This document shows, piece by piece, positions 61,612 through 64,000 of a DNA stretch of 64,000 nucleotides. The notes beneath the pieces were generated by a model. It was not told where the DNA came from. It saw nothing but the letters and a program-made list of their open reading frames with translations, and ran no database searches. The translations under genes were made by a program, and so were the position numbers. The stretch lies in the NCBI GenBank assembly GCA_963740315.1, contig CAVUDP010000001.1, forward strand, positions 1,152,001 through 1,216,000. Reading direction: 5' to 3'. The first letter of the stretch is position 1, and each line of letters opens with the position of its first letter. This DNA is from an uncultured cyanobacterium. Its GTDB lineage: Bacteria > Cyanobacteriota > Cyanobacteriia > Cyanobacteriales > Nostocaceae.

Positions 61612-62030
61612 CACTTAAAAAAGTATAGCGGTTAAACTAGATAATTAATTGCAGCTAGTACTCAAAAATAAATAGAAAATTTCCCGCGACTGTTAATGAT
61701 AAAGAAGTGAATAATTATTAGTTTCCGGAATATCCCGTAAATTTTTGGAAGACATGGTAGCAGGAGAGAATTTATGGAAATATCTGCGCTGATATTATTT
61801 GCTTTCGATCGCGAATTAACATTTATAGGATTCACGCAAAACTGTAATTTTTAAAGGAGATTGCGAGAATTTCACTGTCTGGAACACTATATTTTCGGTT
61901 GCGATCGACTAGTAATTAATTATAAAAAATATAAGGTGAATATACTGAATATTATCGCCTATTTAATGAAGATAATATACATTAATATTATGTAAGTAGT
62001 TAGGCTAATAAATTATTAAGGAGTATTTTT

Positions 62031-62798
62031 CTGAATAAAAGTTTTTGCTTTAGCATTCTTGCTTTAAAGCCCAAATATCAGCTTATGGCTAAAACATTTG
62101 CAGAAGACTTAGAGAAACAATCTCCAGAGACTACAGTCGTAATAGGGACAGATAATCCTAGCGTGTTTAAAGACTGTGGTAATGTATTTGCGTTCAAACT
62201 TGAGAAAAAGGGAATTCTTCATTGCTATCATGACAAGCGATTTGTGATTGAGAAAGCATTAACAAAATTCCAAGTAGCAATACAGATAGATGCAGATACA
62301 AAAATTATTGGTAGCTTACCAAAGTCGATCGATGCGTCATCGGGATTAGCAGCATTACACGTTGAGAATCTTGTTGAACACGCACAAAAGTATAATCCAC
62401 AAAGGTTGCTCTATCTTCGCAAGTTGGAAAATAAGTTAGAGATAAATCTTGAGAGTGTAAGCTATATCGGGGAATCATTGTTTGCCTTGTCCGCTTCGTC
62501 CGATAAAACTTCGGAATTTATCAAGCAATGGGGTTTGATAGCTAATTATTTAGAATTACATGGAATTCATGCTGGTTCGGGACATGCTATTGGTATAGCC
62601 GCAGCTTCTTCCGGATTAGAAATTACTAAGCCCTCTTGGTTGGAAGAGATTAATGAAGCTAAACATCATTTAGATGCTGCTGCATTCAAATCTAAAAAAA
62701 GTTTCTGGAACATTTTAGAGCGCAAAATAGATTATCATTACCGCTTTAATAAAGCCAGAATTACTGCTCTGAGAGATTTCAGCTTTTACTATAAATAA
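62031..62798 (+). CDS. hypothetical protein with DxD motif (glycosyltransferase-like); start probably upstream of ATG 62085
   Basis: CYHDKRF and IDAD motifs; frame open from CTG 62031, with AAGGAG 7 nt upstream. Confidence 0.6.
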   Translation: MNKSFCFSILALKPKYQLMAKTFAEDLEKQSPETTVVIGTDNPSVFKDCGNVFAFKLEKKGILHCYHDKRFVIEKALTKFQVAIQIDADTKIIGSLPKSIDASSGLAALHVENLVEHAQKYNPQRLLYLRKLENKLEINLESVSYIGESLFALSASSDKTSEFIKQWGLIANYLELHGIHAGSGHAIGIAAASSGLEITKPSWLEEINEAKHHLDAAAFKSKKSFWNILERKIDYHYRFNKARITALRDFSFYYK

Positions 62799-62901
62799 TT
62801 ATCAAGAGTTTCCATATCTTGTTCTGCTTCCCAGGAATCTAGCCTGGGAACGCCGAATTTGGAGGCTCTGCCTAATCCGATCGCATAGGGCAAATTATGA
62901 A

Positions 62902-64000
62902 TTAAACAACTTCAAACTCAGCCCGGAAGAATAAATCATCGAAGTCATTATCCCCACCACCAAATAAATCCTCAAAACCAAAAGTATTGTTATCTAGCAA
63001 ACGAATATGCTCAACTCCATCGGGATTTGCTCCGAGGAATGAGAAGTAAGCAAGTGGCTCTTCTGCTCCTTGATTATTTTGATTTTGGCTAAGAAACTCT
63101 TGTGCCGTTCCATTAGCGATAATGAAGGGAGCTAATAAATCTCCTCCTGTAAACTGTTGAGCCTCAGTAGTGTTGCGATCTAATTCTAAAACTCTTCTTG
63201 TTACAGCAGCTTCTGCATAACCTTCATCATCTGGATTTAAGGCATTGCCAAATTGATCCAGAATTGTTCCCTGAATATCTTCAATAACGTAAAAACCAAC
63301 CAAATTATCAAAAGCGGCTTCGCTAGTTACCTCTAATAGGTTAGCCGTTACCTGTTGATTACTTATTGACCTAAAATCAAGCAGTGGCTCCCCTTCACCA
63401 TTATCTTGAAAATCTGCACCTAAAGGAATTTGCGGTAAATCATTAGCTGTAACTGTAATCCGTGCAACCTGATAATCGCTCGCAGTAAAATCAGCATTGC
63501 TAAAAGATGCAGGAGCTAATCCCGTTCCATCTTCGCTTAAAATTCTTCCACCTTGAACAAAGCCAGGGTGTAGTTGTACTACTCCATTTTCGTCAATTCC
63601 AGTATCAGGAACACTTTGAGCGAAAAAGGCAGTGTTATTCTCTGCTTCATCATTGACTTCGGTACCAGCATCTAATACTTGATTACCCGCAATAATAAAG
63701 TCTGCTCCAATAAAGTTACCCTCCTCATCGAAAATCCGAAGAGCTTCAGGATTTTCATTAGCGATAAAAGCATCATTGGAAGGGAGAAGCATCGAAGCAT
63801 AAGAGAAAAACTGACTCTTAGGATCGTTGCTATCAACAGTAAAAGTCGCAATAGCAACTTCACCAGGGTCAATTGGTCCGGCTGCAACTCCCTCAGAGCC
63901 TACAACCGTACCATTAACTTCGCCATCTCCACTTTGAAGAAACTCTTGAGAAATCAAAGCTGTATCGCCATCTTCTGCAACTTTTTCCAAACTTTCAGAT
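62902..64000 (-). CDS. spondin-domain / DUF4114 secreted protein, truncated by window edge
   Basis: ASMLLPSNDAF and DAGTEVNDE (spondin-like); FEDLFGGGDNDFDD (DUF4114-like). Confidence 0.8.
   Translation of the reverse strand, partial: SESLEKVAEDGDTALISQEFLQSGDGEVNGTVVGSEGVAAGPIDPGEVAIATFTVDSNDPKSQFFSYASMLLPSNDAFIANENPEALRIFDEEGNFIGADFIIAGNQVLDAGTEVNDEAENNTAFFAQSVPDTGIDENGVVQLHPGFVQGGRILSEDGTGLAPASFSNADFTASDYQVARITVTANDLPQIPLGADFQDNGEGEPLLDFRSISNQQVTANLLEVTSEAAFDNLVGFYVIEDIQGTILDQFGNALNPDDEGYAEAAVTRRVLELDRNTTEAQQFTGGDLLAPFIIANGTAQEFLSQNQNNQGAEEPLAYFSFLGANPDGVEHIRLLDNNTFGFEDLFGGGDNDFDDLFFRAEFEVV

Larger units (their letters stand above)
1..64000. repeat. HIP1 octamer GCGATCGC dispersed through the window
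   Basis: Examples at 6945, 13820, 39394, 40435, 40867, 45552 and 48185. Confidence 0.95.

Overview
AT-rich chromosomal window from a filamentous cyanobacterium, probably Nostocales. The evidence is frequent HIP1 GCGATCGC octamers, 7-8 nt short tandem repeats in most intergenic regions, and the pipX-pipY-sepF-proC, pyk-crtR-aroH-sppA and mlaE-DUF3119-DUF3086-plsY gene orders. Several accessory elements sit in this core backbone. (1) An approximately 1.9 kb IS200/IS605-type element (7182-9091) has no tnpA. It carries a tnpB with an intact RuvC triad but no zinc-finger cysteines, a small divergent putative ribbon-helix-helix gene, a TTGAT motif next to the left end and TCAA at the right end. (2) A single ORF fuses XRE-HTH, Clp-N and degenerate Uma2 domains and has an apparently autoregulated promoter. 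(3) A stand-alone rtcB has a three-hairpin leader. (4) The best candidate for an undescribed system is an approximately 18.6 kb minus-strand island (38608-57166). It encodes two PEP-CTERM zinc metalloproteases with Trp/Gly/Tyr-rich C-terminal segments and a haemagglutinin-like exoprotein. These are followed by an oxidative biosynthetic cluster: GNAT-like protein, three Rieske oxygenases, ferritin-like diiron protein, CylC/AurF-like dimetal enzyme, an unannotated 58-aa membrane protein, ferredoxin, sterol-desaturase-like protein, LbH acyltransferase and GH3 ligase. No carrier protein, PKS or NRPS is present. The window also has a TetR gene with a single nonsense codon and several nested small dispersed repeats. 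I found no rRNA, tRNA or CRISPR array. All family assignments come from motif recognition by eye, not database searches.
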